Positions 18,363 to 28,454 of a stretch of 64,000 bases of DNA are shown here, piece by piece. Within the stretch, counting starts at the first letter, position 1. Each line of letters begins with the position of its first letter. The position numbers and the translations under genes are program-made. The notes beneath the pieces are model-generated. The model worked only from the letters and a program-made list of their open reading frames with translations, was not told the origin of the DNA and did not search any database. This stretch comes from Nitriliruptorales bacterium (GTDB taxonomy: Bacteria > Actinomycetota > Nitriliruptoria > Nitriliruptorales > JAHWKO01): assembly GCA_046263195.1 (NCBI GenBank), contig JBHELG010000108.1:2293-66292 (forward strand), given 5' to 3'.

Positions 18363-20066
18363 CTAGGGAGACCAGTGGTTGGGCACGGGGAGGTAGAGGT
18401 CCAGTCCGAAGGCGTGCTGGCTAACTCGCACTCCCGGCGCCGCCTGGTGCCGCTTGAACTCGGCCCAGTGGAGCTCCTGGATAACGCGCCGGACGGTGTC
18501 GCGGTCGTGGCCTTCGGCCACGATGTCCTCGAAGTCGCGGCTCTCCTCGAGGTAGGCCTGCAGAATGGCGTCGAGCACCTCGTAGGGTGGCAGAGCGTCC
18601 GCGTCGCGTTGACCAGGGCTGAGCTCGGCCGAAGGGGGTTTCTCGAAGACGTTGGCGGGTATGACCTGGTCGCGTTCGTTGCGGTGGCGGGCAAGCTCAT
18701 ACACCTGCTGCTTGTAGACGTCGATGAGGGGAGCGAACCCGCCGACCATGTCACCGTAGAGGGTCGCGTAGCCGACCGCCGCCTCGCTCTTGTTGCCGGT
18801 GGCCAACACGAGGCGGTTGAACTTGTTCGAGATGGCCATGAGGAGCACTCCGCGGATCCGCGCCTGGATGTTCTCCTCGGTTTCGTCGCGGTCCAAGCCA
18901 GCGAAGAGGTCGCTCAGGGTCTCCTCGAATGCCTCATGGGTGGGGTCGATGGGCAGGGTCTCGAGCTCGACCCCGAGATTCTTGGCCAGCTGTTCGGCGT
19001 CTCGCAGCGACTCCTCGGACGTGTGGCGCGATGGAAGGCGTACGCCCAAGACGTTGTCGGGTCCGAGCGCTTCGACGGCGACGCACGCGGTGGTGGACGA
19101 GTCGATGCCTCCAGACAGGGCCACGACCACATGCTCGAAGCCGTTCTTGCGGCAGTAGTCACGGGTTCCCAGCACCAGCGCGGCCCACAGCTCGCCGACG
19201 GGGTCGAGGCGTGGGGCGTCGTGGCGGTCGGGCAGCGGTTTGCGCTCACCTTCGTATCCCGACAGCTCGGGAGCTCCCGGGACCGGGACGGGGTCGATGT
19301 CGAGGTCGACGAAGAGCAGATCCCCGCCGAACTGGACGGCGCGTTTCACAACCCTGGCGTCGGGACCGTACACGACCGAGTCGCCGTCGAAGATGAGGCC
19401 ATCGTGACCTCCGAACGCGTTGAGGTACGCGACCCAGACCTGGTCACGGGCGGCGTGGTGACGCACCCAGCGTTCGCGCTTGTCGCGCTTTCCCCGGTGA
19501 TACGGGGACGTGTTGAGGACCACGACCAGACGGGCCCCACGGCGGGCGGCCGCAGTGACCGGGCCTTCCTCGGTCCAGAGGTCGTCGCGAATGGTGACTC
19601 CCACCGGCACCCCAGCGACGTTCACCACCAGCGGCGAGTACCCGGGGGCGAGCCAGCGCTCCTCCTCGAACGCCCCGTAGCGGGGCAGCCGCCCCTTGTG
19701 GTAGACGCCCACGATCTGGCCGTCAGCGAGCACCGCGGCAGAGTTTTGGAGGTCGTCCCGAGTAACTGTCCCCGCGTCCCATTCGCGCCGGACGACGGGA
19801 GCGCCGTCTCGAGTCAGGTATCCCACGACGGCCACGGTCCCACTCGGGGCCTGACTGCTGAGACGGTCCACGGCCTGCTGGCTGGTCGCCACCAACTCGG
19901 GCCTGAGGAGCAGGTCCTCGAGCGGGTAGCCGGTGATGACCATCTCCGGGAAGACGACGAGGTCGACACCAGCATCCGCCGACTGTTGCCATGCCTCCAG
20001 CACCCTCTGGACATTGCCTGGTACGTCCCCGACTACCGGATTGATCTGGGCCAGCGCGATTCGCAT
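18363..20066 (-). CDS. nadE: Glutamine-dependent NAD+ synthetase
   Basis: In ORF 18363..20117(-). ATG 20066 (MRIALAQINPVVGD) sits behind GGGAG. N-terminal CN-hydrolase domain (VVFPEMVITGYP); C-terminal NAD synthetase with SGGIDS. Confidence 0.9.
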   Translation of the reverse strand: MRIALAQINPVVGDVPGNVQRVLEAWQQSADAGVDLVVFPEMVITGYPLEDLLLRPELVATSQQAVDRLSSQAPSGTVAVVGYLTRDGAPVVRREWDAGTVTRDDLQNSAAVLADGQIVGVYHKGRLPRYGAFEEERWLAPGYSPLVVNVAGVPVGVTIRDDLWTEEGPVTAAARRGARLVVVLNTSPYHRGKRDKRERWVRHHAARDQVWVAYLNAFGGHDGLIFDGDSVVYGPDARVVKRAVQFGGDLLFVDLDIDPVPVPGAPELSGYEGERKPLPDRHDAPRLDPVGELWAALVLGTRDYCRKNGFEHVVVALSGGIDSSTTACVAVEALGPDNVLGVRLPSRHTSEESLRDAEQLAKNLGVELETLPIDPTHEAFEETLSDLFAGLDRDETEENIQARIRGVLLMAISNKFNRLVLATGNKSEAAVGYATLYGDMVGGFAPLIDVYKQQVYELARHRNERDQVIPANVFEKPPSAELSPGQRDADALPPYEVLDAILQAYLEESRDFEDIVAEGHDRDTVRRVIQELHWAEFKRHQAAPGVRVSQHAFGLDLYLPVPNHWSP

Positions 20067-20227
20067 TCCTGTCACACTCCCTCGCGGATCACGCGACGTC
20101 GTCCTTTTGCCATGCAAGCCGGGGGATCGGGTCGAGGACTCGTCCTATCCTCCACCTCCTCCGGGCCCCCAGGGCTTCAGGTGGTGACCGCACCACGAGG
20201 TGGTCATCCCCCTCTTGGAGGGGTCGT

Positions 20228-21268
20228 ATGACGAGGGGTTCGATGAAGATCCGCCTGTTCCTGACCGTTGCAGCTCTCCTGCTGTCGGCCTGTGCGAAGG
20301 CTGAGCCCGGCAGCGAACCCACCACGGTCGCGCCCACGGCCCCCTCGCCGGCTGCTGGGGATGCCGCGGGATGGGACGCCATCCCACGCATCGTCGCGGA
20401 GGTCGAGCCATCGGTCGTGGCGGTCCTCTCAGAAAACGGGGAGGGCAGCGGCGTCATCTACCGCTCCGACGGGACCATCGTGACCAACTATCACGTGGTA
20501 GCCGGAGCCCGCCGTGTTCAGATCCAACTCGCTGACGGCAGCAGTCTGCCCGCCGCCGTCTTGGCGACGGACGAACCGACCGACCTGGCGGTCCTTCGCA
20601 TCGAGCGCGACAACCTGCCTCCGGCCCGATTCGCCACCTCCCTACCGACGGTCGGAGAGCTCGCCATCGCGATCGGCAACCCGCTCGGTCTCGAGAACAC
20701 CGTCACCGCGGGCATCATCTCGGGCGTGCAACGTTCGGTCCCCGCGTCCGGACCGATCCCCGCTTCGCTCGTCGACCTCATTCAAACCGACGCACCGATC
20801 TCCCCGGGCAACTCCGGCGGCGCTCTCGTCAATGGCCGGGCGGAAGTGGTGGGCATCAGCGTGGCCTACGTTCCGCCCGGCCTGGGAGCGGTGTCCATCG
20901 GCTTCGCCATCCCCGCGCCTGCCGTCACCGACGTGGTCGAGCAACTGCTTGCCGGCGGTCAGGTACGCCACGCCTTTCTCGGCATCGAATACGCCCCGAT
21001 CACACCTCAGATCGCGCAACGCTTCGGGCTCGAAACGGCCACAGGGGTTCTCGTCGTCGCCGTGGTGCCCGGATCGCCGGCCGCTACGGCCGGTCTCGTG
21101 CCGGGGGACGCCATAGCAAGCTTCGACGGGCAACCGGTCCGCGAAGTCTCCGACCTGCTCGTCGCCCTTCGGCGGGCCCAACCCGGCCAGGTGGCGACGC
21201 TGAGCGTCCTCCGTGGCGGGCAGACGCGGGAGGTGAGGGTGGTGCTCAGCGAGCGCACCAGGCGGTAA
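20228..21268 (+). CDS. HtrA/DegP-family trypsin-like serine protease with PDZ domain
   Basis: ORF 20228..21268(+). GGAGG is upstream of the ATG. N-terminal signal/lipobox-like LLLSAC. Triad contexts TNYHVV, TDLAVLRI, GNSGGALV. C-terminal PDZ domain (GSPAATAGLVPGDAI). Confidence 0.8.
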   Translation: MTRGSMKIRLFLTVAALLLSACAKAEPGSEPTTVAPTAPSPAAGDAAGWDAIPRIVAEVEPSVVAVLSENGEGSGVIYRSDGTIVTNYHVVAGARRVQIQLADGSSLPAAVLATDEPTDLAVLRIERDNLPPARFATSLPTVGELAIAIGNPLGLENTVTAGIISGVQRSVPASGPIPASLVDLIQTDAPISPGNSGGALVNGRAEVVGISVAYVPPGLGAVSIGFAIPAPAVTDVVEQLLAGGQVRHAFLGIEYAPITPQIAQRFGLETATGVLVVAVVPGSPAATAGLVPGDAIASFDGQPVREVSDLLVALRRAQPGQVATLSVLRGGQTREVRVVLSERTRR

Positions 21269-21341
21269 CGGCAGGTCCATGGCTGCACGGGGCGTACGAC
21301 GTAAGGGGCTATTCTGACCGCGGTCGCCACGGGGGGAGTCG

Positions 21342-22163
21342 CTGGACAGCCGGCCCATCGGCATCTTCGACAGCGGGCTCGGGGGCCTGTCCATCGTCCG
21401 TGCGCTCATCGACCTGCTCCCCGACGAGCACCTGCTCTACTTCGGGGACACGGCCCGTTTCCCGTACGGAGACAAGAGCCCCGAAGAGCTGCGGCGATTC
21501 TCGCTCGAGATCGTCGCCGGTCTGTTCGGCCAGGCAAAGATGGTCGTGATCGCCTGCAACAGCGCCACGGCGGCAGCGCTTCCGACCCTTCAGACGGTGC
21601 TCACCACACCCATTCTCGGCGTCATCGAGCCTGGCGTACGGGCTGCCCTACAGGTCACCAGGGGTCGCATCGGTGTGATCGGAACCCGGGCGACCATCGC
21701 CTCGGGGGCCTATGAGCAAGCCGTTGCGGCCACCCGTAGCGACGTGAGGCTCACGACCCTCGCCTGTCCGGGCTTCGTAGAGCTCGTCGAAGCGGGCGAC
21801 GTCGACTCCCCGATCGCCCACCGCCTGGTCGAGGAGACCCTCGCGCCGCTCCTCTCAGCAGCGATCGACACGCTCGTCCTCGGCTGCACCCACTATCCCC
21901 ACCTCGGGCGTCTCATCGGGGAAGTCATGGGACGCGACGTCGTGCTCATCTCGAGCAGTGAAGAGACGGCCTTCGAAGTCCGTCACATCCTGGAACAGAC
22001 CGGCACGGTCCGGCCTCCCCTCCGGGGACCCGCCCCTCGGACGTTCATCACGAGTGGTGACGAAGCCACCTTCGCCGCCCTCGGGCGCCGCTTCCTCGGA
22101 CCGGACCTCGAGACGGTGCACTCCTGGTCGTGGTCGACCTCCGTCCCGTCGCGGGCCATCTGA
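21342..22163 (+). CDS. murI: Glutamate racemase; N-terminus has no ATG/GTG/TTG start (CTG 21342 proposed)
   Basis: The ORF track starts at ATG 21540 (MVVIACNSATAA...), but the same frame upstream encodes the conserved MurI N-terminus DSRPIGIFDSGLGGLSIVRALIDLLPDEHLLYFGDTARFPYG. The frame opens after TGA 21315-21317. Other motifs: ACNSATA, GCTHYP. Confidence 0.75.
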   Translation: MDSRPIGIFDSGLGGLSIVRALIDLLPDEHLLYFGDTARFPYGDKSPEELRRFSLEIVAGLFGQAKMVVIACNSATAAALPTLQTVLTTPILGVIEPGVRAALQVTRGRIGVIGTRATIASGAYEQAVAATRSDVRLTTLACPGFVELVEAGDVDSPIAHRLVEETLAPLLSAAIDTLVLGCTHYPHLGRLIGEVMGRDVVLISSSEETAFEVRHILEQTGTVRPPLRGPAPRTFITSGDEATFAALGRRFLGPDLETVHSWSWSTSVPSRAI

Positions 22164-22199
22164 ACGGCCGCCTACGCTCGCCCTGGCCGGAGGCAGAGT

Positions 22200-22775
22200 G
22201 TGCTCGACGTGGTCGCGTTCGACCTCATGGACACGGTCGTGCGCGACCCGTTCCGGGAAGCCCTCATGGAGGCTTCTGGCCGCCCGTTCGAGGAGGCCAT
22301 CGCTCGCAGGGAGCCTGTGGCGTGGCACAGCTTCGAACGCGGAGAACTCTCCGAGCAGGAGTACTTCGCCAGCTACCACCTCGACCTCGACGTCGAAGCC
22401 TTCCAGCGCGTCCGGCGCCGCGGCTACTGCCTGCTGCCGGGCATGCGAGGTCTGCTCGACGCCCTCGGCGGCCACGTCACGCGAGCCACCGCAACGAACT
22501 ACCCCGTGTGGGTGGAAGAACTCGCCAATGGCCTGCTCGCCGGCCTTTTCGACCGGGTGATCGCGTCGCACCATCTCGGCGTACGCAAGCCCGAACGTAT
22601 CTTCTTCGAGCGGCTCTGCGCATCACTGGATACGGAAGCCGACAGGATTCTGCTGGTTGACGACCGCATCGAGAACGTCGAGGGAGCACGCGACGCTGGC
22701 CTGCGAGCGCACCTCTTCCTTGGCGCGACCGACCTCCGGGACCGCCTGTTGCGCGAAGGTATCCCCCACCTCTAG
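22200..22775 (+). CDS. HAD-superfamily hydrolase
   Basis: ORF 22200..22775(+). Motif I FDLMDTVV; motif IV LLVDDRIENVEGARDAG. Confidence 0.7.
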   Translation: MLDVVAFDLMDTVVRDPFREALMEASGRPFEEAIARREPVAWHSFERGELSEQEYFASYHLDLDVEAFQRVRRRGYCLLPGMRGLLDALGGHVTRATATNYPVWVEELANGLLAGLFDRVIASHHLGVRKPERIFFERLCASLDTEADRILLVDDRIENVEGARDAGLRAHLFLGATDLRDRLLREGIPHL

Positions 22776-22846
22776 GCGCTCCACCGCTTCTTTCAGCCGC
22801 AGGAAGCGATCTTGAAGGCCTGAAGATGACTCATCGCGGCACCTTG

Positions 22847-23245
22847 TCAGCCCGAGGGATCCTCGAGGACTCCTGCCACCACCTCCGCCAGAGCGGGTGA
22901 GCGCGACACCAGAGCAAGGTCGAGGCGGGCCTCACCCGTAGCTACCCACCACAGCCGCGCCACGTCGTCTGCCTCCCGCGGGAGCTTGCGCAGCCAGTCG
23001 AGTGCCTCCTCGGCGTCCCCGTCGTGCCGAGCGCACCACGATTGAAGGCCGAAGCGCAAGGCGCAGCGGCGACCGAGTGCCCTATAGGGGGTCGGCCCGC
23101 AGGTTGGCACCAACCGCGCTTCGTTGCCGCAGTGGTCGCATTCTCCGGCGTCCACGGCCCGCGGTCCGAGGTCGTCGCGGTCGAGCCACGGGTAATGGGC
23201 GCGCAGCGCCTCCCGCAGCACCTGCTTGTCGAACGGCCGCTGCAT
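22847..23245 (-). CDS. Hypothetical Cys-containing protein
   Basis: ORF 22847..23245(-), 132 aa. Codon bias is consistent with coding. CDHCG...C...C pattern. Divergent from leuB. No family recognised. Confidence 0.45.
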   Translation of the reverse strand: MQRPFDKQVLREALRAHYPWLDRDDLGPRAVDAGECDHCGNEARLVPTCGPTPYRALGRRCALRFGLQSWCARHDGDAEEALDWLRKLPREADDVARLWWVATGEARLDLALVSRSPALAEVVAGVLEDPSG

Positions 23246-23325
23246 GGGGCGAGCCTAGGTCCTGGTGCACCGCAGCGATAGCAACCAAGGCTTCTAGCAT
23301 TCGCCTTCGTGGCGAGGAGGTGCGG

Positions 23326-24408
23326 GTGGCGCGTTACCGGATCGCGGTGATCGGAGGGGACGGCATCGGACCAGAGGTCGTCAGCGAGGGTTTGAAGGTG
23401 CTCGACGCGGTCGCCGATGCCGAGGGCTTCGAGGTTGAGAAGGTCGAGTTCGACCTCGGCGCCCACCGCTACCGCTCCAGGGGCGATCTGCTCGACGACA
23501 CAACGCTCGGCGAGCTACGTGCCTTCGACGCCATCTACCTCGGGGCGGTCGGACACCCAGACGTCCCACCCGGAGTGCTCGAGCGGGGCCTGCTCCTCAC
23601 GCTCCGGTTCGCCTTCGACCTGTTCGTCAACCTGCGGCCCGTTCGACTCTACCCGGGGGTCGCCTCTCCGATCGCGGGGCTCGTGCCCGGACGGTGTGAC
23701 CTTGTGGTCGTCCGGGAGAACACCGAGGGCGTCTACGCCGGTGCCGGTGGCTTCCTCTACCGCGGCACGCATGCGGAGGTCGCCACCCAGGAGTCGCTGA
23801 ACACGCGTCGTGGCGTCGAGCGAGTCGTGCGCTACGCCTTCCAAATCGCGGAACAGCGCCGTCGCCGGCTCACCCTCTGCCACAAGACGAACGTGCTGCT
23901 CTATGCGGGCGACCTGTGGTCACGGGTCGTAGCCGAGGTGGGAGCGGACTACCCGGAGGTCACCCACGACTACGTCCACGTCGACGCCATGTGCCTCTAC
24001 CTCGTCACCCAACCTGAGCGCTTCGACGTGGTCGTGACCGACAACCTCTTCGGTGACATCGTGACCGACCTCGGGGCGGCTGTGCAGGGTGGCATGGGCC
24101 TGGCCGCCTCGGCGAACCTCGACCCGAGTCGTCGGGCCCCATCGCTGTTCGAGCCTGTCCATGGCTCCGCCCCGGATATCGCGGGCAGGGGCCGGGCTGA
24201 TCCAACCGCTGCGGTCCTCAGTCTGGCGATGATGCTCGACTTCCTCGGTGAACGGAGGGCTGCCGCACGAGTCGAGCAGGCCGTCTCCGCCTGGCTGGCT
24301 CAGCATGGCGAGGATTCGGCTCGGTACTCGACCTCCCAAGTCGGCGACCGTCTCGCGGAGCTCGCAGGCACCTCGGGCGGGCGGTCCGATTTTGGGGTGG
24401 GGTCGTAG
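23326..24408 (+). CDS. leuB: 3-isopropylmalate dehydrogenase
   Basis: In ORF 23002..24408. GTG 23326 lies 5 nt after GAGGAGG ([18 protein letters not shown]). Signature [23 protein letters not shown]. Confidence 0.85.
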   Translation: MARYRIAVIGGDGIGPEVVSEGLKVLDAVADAEGFEVEKVEFDLGAHRYRSRGDLLDDTTLGELRAFDAIYLGAVGHPDVPPGVLERGLLLTLRFAFDLFVNLRPVRLYPGVASPIAGLVPGRCDLVVVRENTEGVYAGAGGFLYRGTHAEVATQESLNTRRGVERVVRYAFQIAEQRRRRLTLCHKTNVLLYAGDLWSRVVAEVGADYPEVTHDYVHVDAMCLYLVTQPERFDVVVTDNLFGDIVTDLGAAVQGGMGLAASANLDPSRRAPSLFEPVHGSAPDIAGRGRADPTAAVLSLAMMLDFLGERRAAARVEQAVSAWLAQHGEDSARYSTSQVGDRLAELAGTSGGRSDFGVGS

Positions 24409-24529
24409 TGACGGTCTTGGGCCTGTCAGAACCGGCCCGAGAAGCCGGCGCTTGTTCGCGCCGAAGAGTCTAAGCTCGCCTCGGCGGCGCCAGCGGCCGA
24501 ACAACGCCACGGACGACGAGGAGTCGGAG

Positions 24530-25459
24530 ATGCCCTTCCCCGCCGCTGGCTACATCTGGATGGACGGTGAGCTCGTGCCCTGGGATGAGGCGACCGTCCA
24601 CGTGCTCACACCCACTCTCCACTACGGCTACGGCGTGTTCGAGGGGATACGCGCCTACGCCACCGACCGTGGCCCGGCGGTCTTCCATCTCGAGGCCCAC
24701 GTCTCCCGGTTGTTCGGCTCGGCGAAGATCTACCCGCCGCTCGACGAGATCCCCTACACCCCCTCCGACATCGTCACGGCGGTGAAGGCCACCATCCGAG
24801 CCAACGGGCACGAAGGCGGCTGCTACATACGGCCGATCGTCTACCTCGGATATGGCGAGATGGGTGTCAACCCGCTGCCCTCCAGGGCGCAGGTTGCGAT
24901 CGCGACCTGGGAGTGGGGGGCCTACCTCGGAGAGGAGGCCTTCGATCGCGGGGTGCGGGTCATGACCTCGTCGTTCCGTCGTATCGGCAAGAACACGATC
25001 CCTCCTGTGGCGAAAGCCTGCGGGCAATACCTCAACAGTTCCCTCGCCAAGGTGGAGGCGGTGCGGGCCGGTTACGACGAGGCGATCATGCTGAGCGAGG
25101 AGGGCTTCATCTCGGAGGGCACCGGCGAGAACGTCTTCATCGTCCGCGACGGCGTGCTGATCACCCCGCCATTGTGCGACGGCCCTCTACCCGGCATCAC
25201 CCGGGCCAGCACCATGCAGATCGCTCGTGACCTCGACATCCCGGTACGGGAGACGCACCTGGCCCGCAGCGACCTCTACCTCGCCGAGGAGGCCTTCCTG
25301 ACCGGTACTGCAGCCGAGGTCGTGCCCATCCGCTCCGCCGACGGTCGGGAGATCGGCGAACGAGGCCCGATCACCGCCCGCATCCAGTCCACCTTCGTCG
25401 ATCTCGTGCACGGAAAGATCGACCGCTACAAGGACTGGCTCGCCTTCGTCTACGAGTAG
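24530..25459 (+). CDS. ilvE: Branched-chain amino acid aminotransferase (class IV)
   Basis: In ORF 24248..25459. ATG 24530 sits behind GAGGAG (MPFPAAGYIWMDGELVPW). Motifs YGYGVFEGIRAY, EGFISEGTGENVFIV. Confidence 0.85.
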   Translation: MPFPAAGYIWMDGELVPWDEATVHVLTPTLHYGYGVFEGIRAYATDRGPAVFHLEAHVSRLFGSAKIYPPLDEIPYTPSDIVTAVKATIRANGHEGGCYIRPIVYLGYGEMGVNPLPSRAQVAIATWEWGAYLGEEAFDRGVRVMTSSFRRIGKNTIPPVAKACGQYLNSSLAKVEAVRAGYDEAIMLSEEGFISEGTGENVFIVRDGVLITPPLCDGPLPGITRASTMQIARDLDIPVRETHLARSDLYLAEEAFLTGTAAEVVPIRSADGREIGERGPITARIQSTFVDLVHGKIDRYKDWLAFVYE

Positions 25460-25489
25460 GGCGCTCGCGCTCGTCAGCGTGACGAGGTG

Positions 25490-26404
25490 TCACTCCGCTT
25501 TCGGACGATCGAGTAGGGCTCGCAGCGCGTCCTCGAGCTCGGGATGACGGAAGCGGAATGCGAACTCCTCGACGAGGCGGGCCGGCAGAACGCGAGCGCT
25601 CGACAACGCAAACTCCTCGACGGCCTCGGCGCCGAGGACGAGCTCGACGGCGAACTTCGGCACGGTCAGGAAGACGGGGCGTCCGAGAACCTCTCCGAGG
25701 GTTCGGGCGAAGGTGACGTTTGGCACGGGGTTTGGCGAGGTGAGGTTCACCGGCCCTCGTGCTTCCTGGCGGTCGAGCAGGTGCAGCATGGCCCGTACGT
25801 GGTCGTCGATCGCGATCCAGGGCATCCTTTGGCGGCCGCTACCGAGCCTCGCTCCGAGCCCGAGCCGGAACGGCAACAGCTGAGCCGCAAGCAGGCCACC
25901 TTCGGGGCTCAACACCAGACCGGTACGCAAGTGGACGACCCGGATTCCCACCGCTTCTGCCGGTGCGGTGGCCGCCTCCCACTCGCGGGCGACCTCGGGG
26001 ACGAACCCCCTGCCCGGTGGGCTCGCCTCGGTGAGGACCTCGTCTCCACGGGAGCCGTACCAGCCGATCGCTGACCCACTGAGCATGACGGCCGGTGGGC
26101 GGCGCAGACCCGCCAGGGTCTGGGCGAGGAGTCGCGTGCCGGCCACGCGGCTGGCTCGGATGCGGCGCTTCTTCCTCTCGGTCCAGCGTCCGAGCAGCGG
26201 CTCGCCGGCGAGGTGCACGACGGCATCGACGCCTTCCAGGGCGTTGCCTTCGATCCGGCCGTCCGTTGGTTCCCATAGGACTGTGTCACCCTCCCGAGGT
26301 GAGCTCGGCCGCACGAGCCGCACGGGATGGTGGCCGGCGTCTCGCAGCGCCTGCCGCAGGGCAGTGCCGATGAGGCCGCTCGAACCGCTGACGAGGACGT
26401 CCAT
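25490..26404 (-). CDS. TIGR01777-type NAD-dependent epimerase/SDR with C-terminal DUF1731-like region
   Basis: In ORF 25490..26674(-). ATG 26404 sits behind GAGGAGAG (MDVLVSGSSGLIGTAL Rossmann motif). Confidence 0.75.
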   Translation of the reverse strand: MDVLVSGSSGLIGTALRQALRDAGHHPVRLVRPSSPREGDTVLWEPTDGRIEGNALEGVDAVVHLAGEPLLGRWTERKKRRIRASRVAGTRLLAQTLAGLRRPPAVMLSGSAIGWYGSRGDEVLTEASPPGRGFVPEVAREWEAATAPAEAVGIRVVHLRTGLVLSPEGGLLAAQLLPFRLGLGARLGSGRQRMPWIAIDDHVRAMLHLLDRQEARGPVNLTSPNPVPNVTFARTLGEVLGRPVFLTVPKFAVELVLGAEAVEEFALSSARVLPARLVEEFAFRFRHPELEDALRALLDRPKAE

Positions 26405-26715
26405 CCTGTCTCTCCTCATGGAAGCCCGACGGACAGTTGGTGCGCGATGCTTCCGGGCGACCCCCCGGTCGAGACCCGCTCGGCAGCTGGCAGGTTCATG
26501 ACATCTGACCCTGCCCGCGTCTGCCCGCTGCGCGGAACCTCGCCACCGCAGGAGGAATACTTCAGAGCGAGTATTCCTTACGGCATCCCGGTCCGCAGTC
26601 CGGAATGGTCGACATCGCTCCGGATCGTTGCGGAAGGACGGGGGATGGCACCCATCGCGCGAAAAGAGCGGCACGGGAGGTGGGTGCTCGAAGGGGACCC
26701 GAGGAGGGCTGGCCG

Positions 26716-27630
26716 GTGAGTAGTGGGCCGCGGGTCAGCGTCGGCCTCCCCGTGTTCAACGGGGAGCGCTACCTCGAAGAGGCGATCAGCTCGATCCTCG
26801 CGCAGGACTACACGGACTTCGAGCTCATCATCTCCGACAACGCCTCCGACGACCGTACCGAGGAGATTTGTACGCAATTCCAACGCCGAGACGCCCGGGT
26901 GCGCTACGAGCGCCAGTCCGACAACCGAGGCGCCGCCTGGAACTTCAACCACGTGTTCGCGCGCTCACAGGGGGAATACTTCAAGTGGGCTGCCGCTGAC
27001 GACGTTCTGGCTCCTGCCTTCCTACAGCGCTGCGTTGCTGTGCTCGAGACCAAAAGCGAGGTCATCGTCGCTCACCCCAGGACGTTGCTCATAGGTCCCG
27101 ATGGGGAGGAGTTGGGACGCATCAGCCACGCGCGCACGTACGACCCTCGCCCCTACCGCCGATTCCGTGAGATGGCCGTTCGCCCCCACGGATGCCATGC
27201 TGTCTTTGGACTGATACGCGCCGAGGTGCTGCGCCGCACCGTCCTCATCGGTGGCTACACCTCATCCGACCGAGTCCTTCTCGCCGACCTTGTTCTGCGG
27301 GGTCCGTTCCGCGAAGTGGAGGAGGACTTGTTCCTCAGCCGCCAGCACTCTGGACGGTCGGGGTACTCGTACAGTCGCCATCAGCGCGCCACCTGGTTCG
27401 ACCCAGCCAATGCGGGACGGCTCCTGTTCCCCACCTGGCGGATGGGAGAAGAGCTCATTCGCGTGGTACTGCGTGCGCCGATCCCACCATGGGAGAAGGC
27501 ACGCTGCCTACTGCAGTTCGGGCCGTGGGCCTGGCGCCACCGCGGGTACCTCGTCAACGACGTCGTGGTCGGAGCGAGGCTGCTACCTCACGCGCTCCTT
27601 GCACCCGCCTCGACGTTGGCCCGTCAATAG
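26716..27630 (+). CDS. Family 2 glycosyltransferase
   Basis: In ORF 26605..27630. GTG 26716 lies 7 nt after GAGGAGGG. Motifs VGLPVFNGERYLEEAISSILAQDYTDFELIISDNASDD and KWAAADD. Confidence 0.8.
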   Translation: MSSGPRVSVGLPVFNGERYLEEAISSILAQDYTDFELIISDNASDDRTEEICTQFQRRDARVRYERQSDNRGAAWNFNHVFARSQGEYFKWAAADDVLAPAFLQRCVAVLETKSEVIVAHPRTLLIGPDGEELGRISHARTYDPRPYRRFREMAVRPHGCHAVFGLIRAEVLRRTVLIGGYTSSDRVLLADLVLRGPFREVEEDLFLSRQHSGRSGYSYSRHQRATWFDPANAGRLLFPTWRMGEELIRVVLRAPIPPWEKARCLLQFGPWAWRHRGYLVNDVVVGARLLPHALLAPASTLARQ

Positions 27631-28454
27631 CCGCTGAGCAGACCGTGCTTGCGGGCGAACTGCAGCGAGCGCGAGAAAAGCGGCAGCGCCACGGCGAACA
27701 TCACCGCGTTGAAGACGACGAGCGCGACGACGGCCTCGAGAGGGTCGAATATCTTCACGGTGGGCGGAGCGACCATGAGCAGGTGACGCGCCCCCTCGAT
27801 GACGTACATGTGGGGGACCGCGTAGCTGAAGATCTCCAACCAGGGTGGGAGGTTGCTGACGGGGAACAGTGCTCCACCGAGCAGGCTCGCCGCGAGACCG
27901 TACAGGGCGATGATCGGCGCGGAGCGCTTCGCGAGTACCTGCAGGCTCGCGGACAACGTCCCGACTGCCGTGCAGGCGAGCACCCCTAGGAAGACGAGTG
28001 CGATGAAGGCGGGGATGCCGGACAACCGCAGGTCGGCACCCAGCAGCGCCCCGAGCAGGAGTATGAGTCCACACTCGATAGCTCCGAGCACGGTGCGCCA
28101 GATGTTGAGCGTGACCGGCACCGCCATCCAAGGCACCGGCTCGACCAGCATGGTCTCGAATGTCCCTTGGTTCTGGGTGACCTCCAGCCGGCGCCCGAAG
28201 CCGCTGAGGGCGCTCTGAAGGACGACCGCAACAGCAAGTCCGATGGCTGCGAAGGTGTAGTAGTCGCCGCCGACGGGTTGCCTGGCAGGGACCAGTTGGG
28301 CGATGAAGTAGTAGACGATGACGGGAAACAGCGCCGTCAGGAACTGCATGACGATCGTCATCGGATAGCTGAGGTCCTCGACGATCTCGAGTCGGGTGTA
28401 GGCGGCCCCCATCGACCAGATGTTGGCGCGCTTAGGCGTTGTCTCTGTTCTCAC
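27624..28454 (-). CDS. ABC-2 type polysaccharide/teichoic-acid export permease (Wzm/TagG-like)
   Basis: ORF 27624..28454(-), six predicted TM helices. GTG 28454 overlaps the TGA of the upstream ATPase gene (GTGA). Confidence 0.75.
   Translation of the reverse strand: MRTETTPKRANIWSMGAAYTRLEIVEDLSYPMTIVMQFLTALFPVIVYYFIAQLVPARQPVGGDYYTFAAIGLAVAVVLQSALSGFGRRLEVTQNQGTFETMLVEPVPWMAVPVTLNIWRTVLGAIECGLILLLGALLGADLRLSGIPAFIALVFLGVLACTAVGTLSASLQVLAKRSAPIIALYGLAASLLGGALFPVSNLPPWLEIFSYAVPHMYVIEGARHLLMVAPPTVKIFDPLEAVVALVVFNAVMFAVALPLFSRSLQFARKHGLLSGY

Noticed and set aside
17664-20231. 855-aa ORF on the plus strand, the longest in the track
   Set aside because: It is antisense to nadE (18363..20066), which has clear CN-hydrolase and NAD-synthetase motifs. 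The plus-strand translation is Arg/Pro/Gly/Ala-rich with no recognisable domains. This is the usual shadow ORF of high-GC DNA. The same reasoning rejects 14428..15588(-), 43386..44039(+), 47755..48984(+), 58072..59478(-) and similar ORFs.
21315-21317. In-frame TGA upstream of murI as a selenocysteine or readthrough codon, extending the protein to ATG 21279
   Set aside because: The extension (MAARGVRRKGLF) has no SD and resembles no MurI N-terminus. MurI normally begins a few residues before PIGIFDSG, and no hairpin follows the TGA. A non-canonical CTG start is the simpler explanation.
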